Shown here: in pieces, positions 61,501-64,000 of the stretch
How positions within the stretch are numbered: the first letter of the stretch is position 1
How the letters are laid out: every line of letters starts with the position of its first letter
Origin: Marsupella aquatica
Lineage: Eukaryota; Plantae; Marchantiophyta
NCBI GenBank assembly: GCA_973895155.1
Contig: OZ316895.1
Location: forward strand, 15,320,816-15,384,815
Direction: 5' to 3'
Length of the DNA stretch: 64,000 bases
Position numbers and translations under genes: made by a program
The notes under the pieces: model-generated
The model's database searches: none
The model's input: the letters and a program-made list of their open reading frames with translations, nothing else
What the model was told of the DNA's origin: nothing

Positions 61501-64000
61501 AGAGGCAATAGCAAAGGAAGATCAATTAGCAGTATTAAGGAGTTCACTAGAGGCATTGCAATCAGGTCGTCCTGATGCCTGCACAATCAATGGAGCTAAC
61601 CTTGGTGGGAAGTCTAAATTTGATAAAGATGTCCAACAATCTCACGACTCTAATGAACGTGATTATTCTTTTGAGGGGGTAAGAATCACTAGTTCAATAA
61701 ACCTCACAAGTTGGAACATGGCTACATGACGGAAAAAGCGAATGGATGCTTTCTTTGCATTCTTTGCATCAATATACGGTCCAAATCAGCCATTTTTCTT
61801 TCAATGTTTATAAACGTCAGTACTCTTTTCTTGAACTCTGTGGAGCTTAGAGGCGTCACCAGATTTGCAACAAATGTTTTGCTGCTGCGCCTATTTGACA
61901 TTTGTCTCACATACATCGTGGACGTTCCAGGGAAAAGGGGATAAAAGTGAGCTGGGGGATCAAGTTTCTCTTGCTTCTTTCGATACAGACGGCCAGATGA
62001 AGATTGAGGAGCTTACGGAGAGGATGAAGGTAATCCTTGGGTTCCATACCTCGATGCAAAAATGAGGACAACTAGCGTATATTCAAATACATTTACCCTC
62101 ACAATGTAAAACAGCGGTGAATCTGTGATTTTGTTTGCACAATGGTCAAGATGACGATTTTTGAGTCTCTTACGTCTAATGACGCTTCAGTCTCAGAAGA
62201 ACAACTCAAGTTGTTGGAGATAATTTTTATCCCATCCATCTGAATTTGAGAACAAGACTGTTGCATTAACTGCTGTGATAGGCAGAGGAGGATGAAAAAG
62301 CGAGGTTGCTAGATGAGAAAACGGCAATAGAGGAACAGAAATCTCGTCTTGAAGAAGATGTCAGGCATCAGACTCGTGAATTCAAACGCAGCAAGCAGGT
62401 TATGGACAAGCAACTGCAGGAGCTGGCACTAAGCATCCAGCAGAAAGAGGAGCTTATCCAGGAACTTGCCAGGAACGAAGCAGAAGCCAAGCATCTGACT
62501 CAACAGTATGAAAGCCGAATGCTTGAGCTTGAAGCTGAGGTCACCTTCTTTCCTTGCTCATCGAGCCACCAGTTCCCGGATAAAACTTACAAGTTTGCGA
62601 TTACACAGCCGCTCTGATAGTTGCAAATTATCCTGAGTATACCTAGTTTAACCTCAACAGCCGTTGCCTGCTAGTTTGTGTAGTTGATGTGTTGCTCGAT
62701 GAGAACATACTAAGAGATATTATGCTGCAGATGAGACGAAAAGAAGACGAAGTGGAAGCTTTGAAAAAAGAATTGGAAGCAATTGACAGGAATGCTGCTA
62801 AGGGAGCTGAGGAGAAAAAGCGGTTACGTGAGCAGTACGAGGAAAAAGTGAAGAGAATAACGGGACAGTTGATAGCATTGAAAAGACAACGTTGGGAGCA
62901 AGAATCCCAACGCCTTGAGAGGCAAAAAGCAAAGTCTGATGTGAAAGTGAGTGATACATGCATTTAACCTTGCCGTCATTAGAGAGTATGCTGGCTTGAA
63001 TATATCACACCCCAACTGGTCCAACCTTTGCTGACTCGTCGCTGTACACTAGAGGAATTTCCTTTGAGTTGGATTGGAGGAAGACTAATCATTGTGAACT
63101 ATCTGTCCAGTTGCAAAGTCTACAACATGAGATAACAAGAATGCGAGCCCAACAAGACTCTTTGAAGAAAAAGATCAAAGAAACAACGGACAAGTATGAA
63201 GATGAGCATGAACGTGATCTTAAGACTATGGCCGTCCTGAAACGTGAAGCTGAGAATCAGCTCAGGCGAGTGCGTGAGCTTGAGGTGAGTAGTGCTCTGT
63301 TTTTTGTCATAATCTCCTTTCTCATTTATGTCATGTGGTTCTTTGTCATATGAGCCCTCATGCATTAATTCCAATGCTCACAACAGATGGAGAATCAGAA
63401 GCAGCGAATGGTCGTGAGGAGGAAAAATGAGGAGATGGCACTTGCTAACAAGAAGCTGAAGGAGCTTGGAGTCTTGGATGGGGAAGTTTCTACAAAGTTG
63501 AGCAACCGAGAGCGGAGTCTAGCGTATGCTCAATCTCACAAGACAGTTGGACGGCAAAATTCTGCTCCACCAATCCCAGATTCTCACCATTTGGCAAACA
63601 ACGTTGAGAAAACTGTTTCAACTCTGGATGTAGAAATTGGAAAGCTTCTCAAAGTGAGGGAAGCAGTAGCTCTTAAGAATAAGCAGGTACACTCTTATGA
63701 TCGAACAGAGGTCCTACAGTCCTGACAGTCGGTTCTACAGGATGCTCGTTTGATTCCAATTAATGTGCATATCGGTCAGGAAGCTCGAAAGCTAACAATG
63801 GTTACCTGAGCACCGTGAATCCTTTGGAAAAAGAGCCATAACTTTGCCACAGAAATTTTCTGGGATTGTCCCGACCGAACTCTTCAAGTAGATTGGGTAG
63901 CCCTTGACATCTGAACACTCTGTTTTCTTTACTTTTCAAGTATGTTAATATCTGGATTTTGTTTTCTCGCAGGAGGTAAAAAGGGAGGAAATTTTGCTGG
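52590..64000 (+). CDS. Kinesin-4 family motor, KIF27/KIF7-like, with long coiled-coil tail; runs off the window
   Basis: Pro/Gln-rich N-terminus, then [48 protein letters not shown] (P-loop), [26 protein letters not shown] (switch I), [16 protein letters not shown] (switch II), [30 protein letters not shown] and [17 protein letters not shown]. About 20 exons; intron 1 spans 53036-55741. Confidence 0.93.
54803..55511 (-). mobile_element. ~710-bp dispersed repeat, copy B (inside kinesin intron 1)
   Basis: Same orientation and nearly the same length as 49081-49791, with shared ends and internal blocks. Confidence 0.7.

Overview
Eukaryotic land-plant genomic DNA with spliceosomal introns. It is probably a bryophyte and plausibly a liverwort, inferred from a KIF27-like kinesin-4 and the long repeat-rich leaders. 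Six intron-containing genes are recognisable: IBR3/ACAD10-11 acyl-CoA dehydrogenase (5' end outside the window, ends in PTS1 SRL), plastid Obg GTPase OBGC2, alanine:glyoxylate aminotransferase AGT2 (transit peptide plus C-terminal SKL), spliceosomal ZMAT2/Snu23, an ARM-repeat protein lacking a U-box, and a KIF27/KIF7-like kinesin-4 (3' end outside the window). There is also an orphan 252-aa ORF. Non-coding DNA holds TSD-flanked tRNA-derived SINEs, a short-TIR MITE family, decayed transposase-like relics and many local tandem duplications. The most notable oddities are a 95%-identical 108-bp direct repeat bracketing the whole AGT2 gene and lying upstream of two different genes, two ~710-bp copies of a decayed unidentified coding sequence, and a kinesin exon that appears to need two GC-AG introns. 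I found no CRISPR array, RNA gene or clearly novel multi-gene system. Exon boundaries were read by eye.
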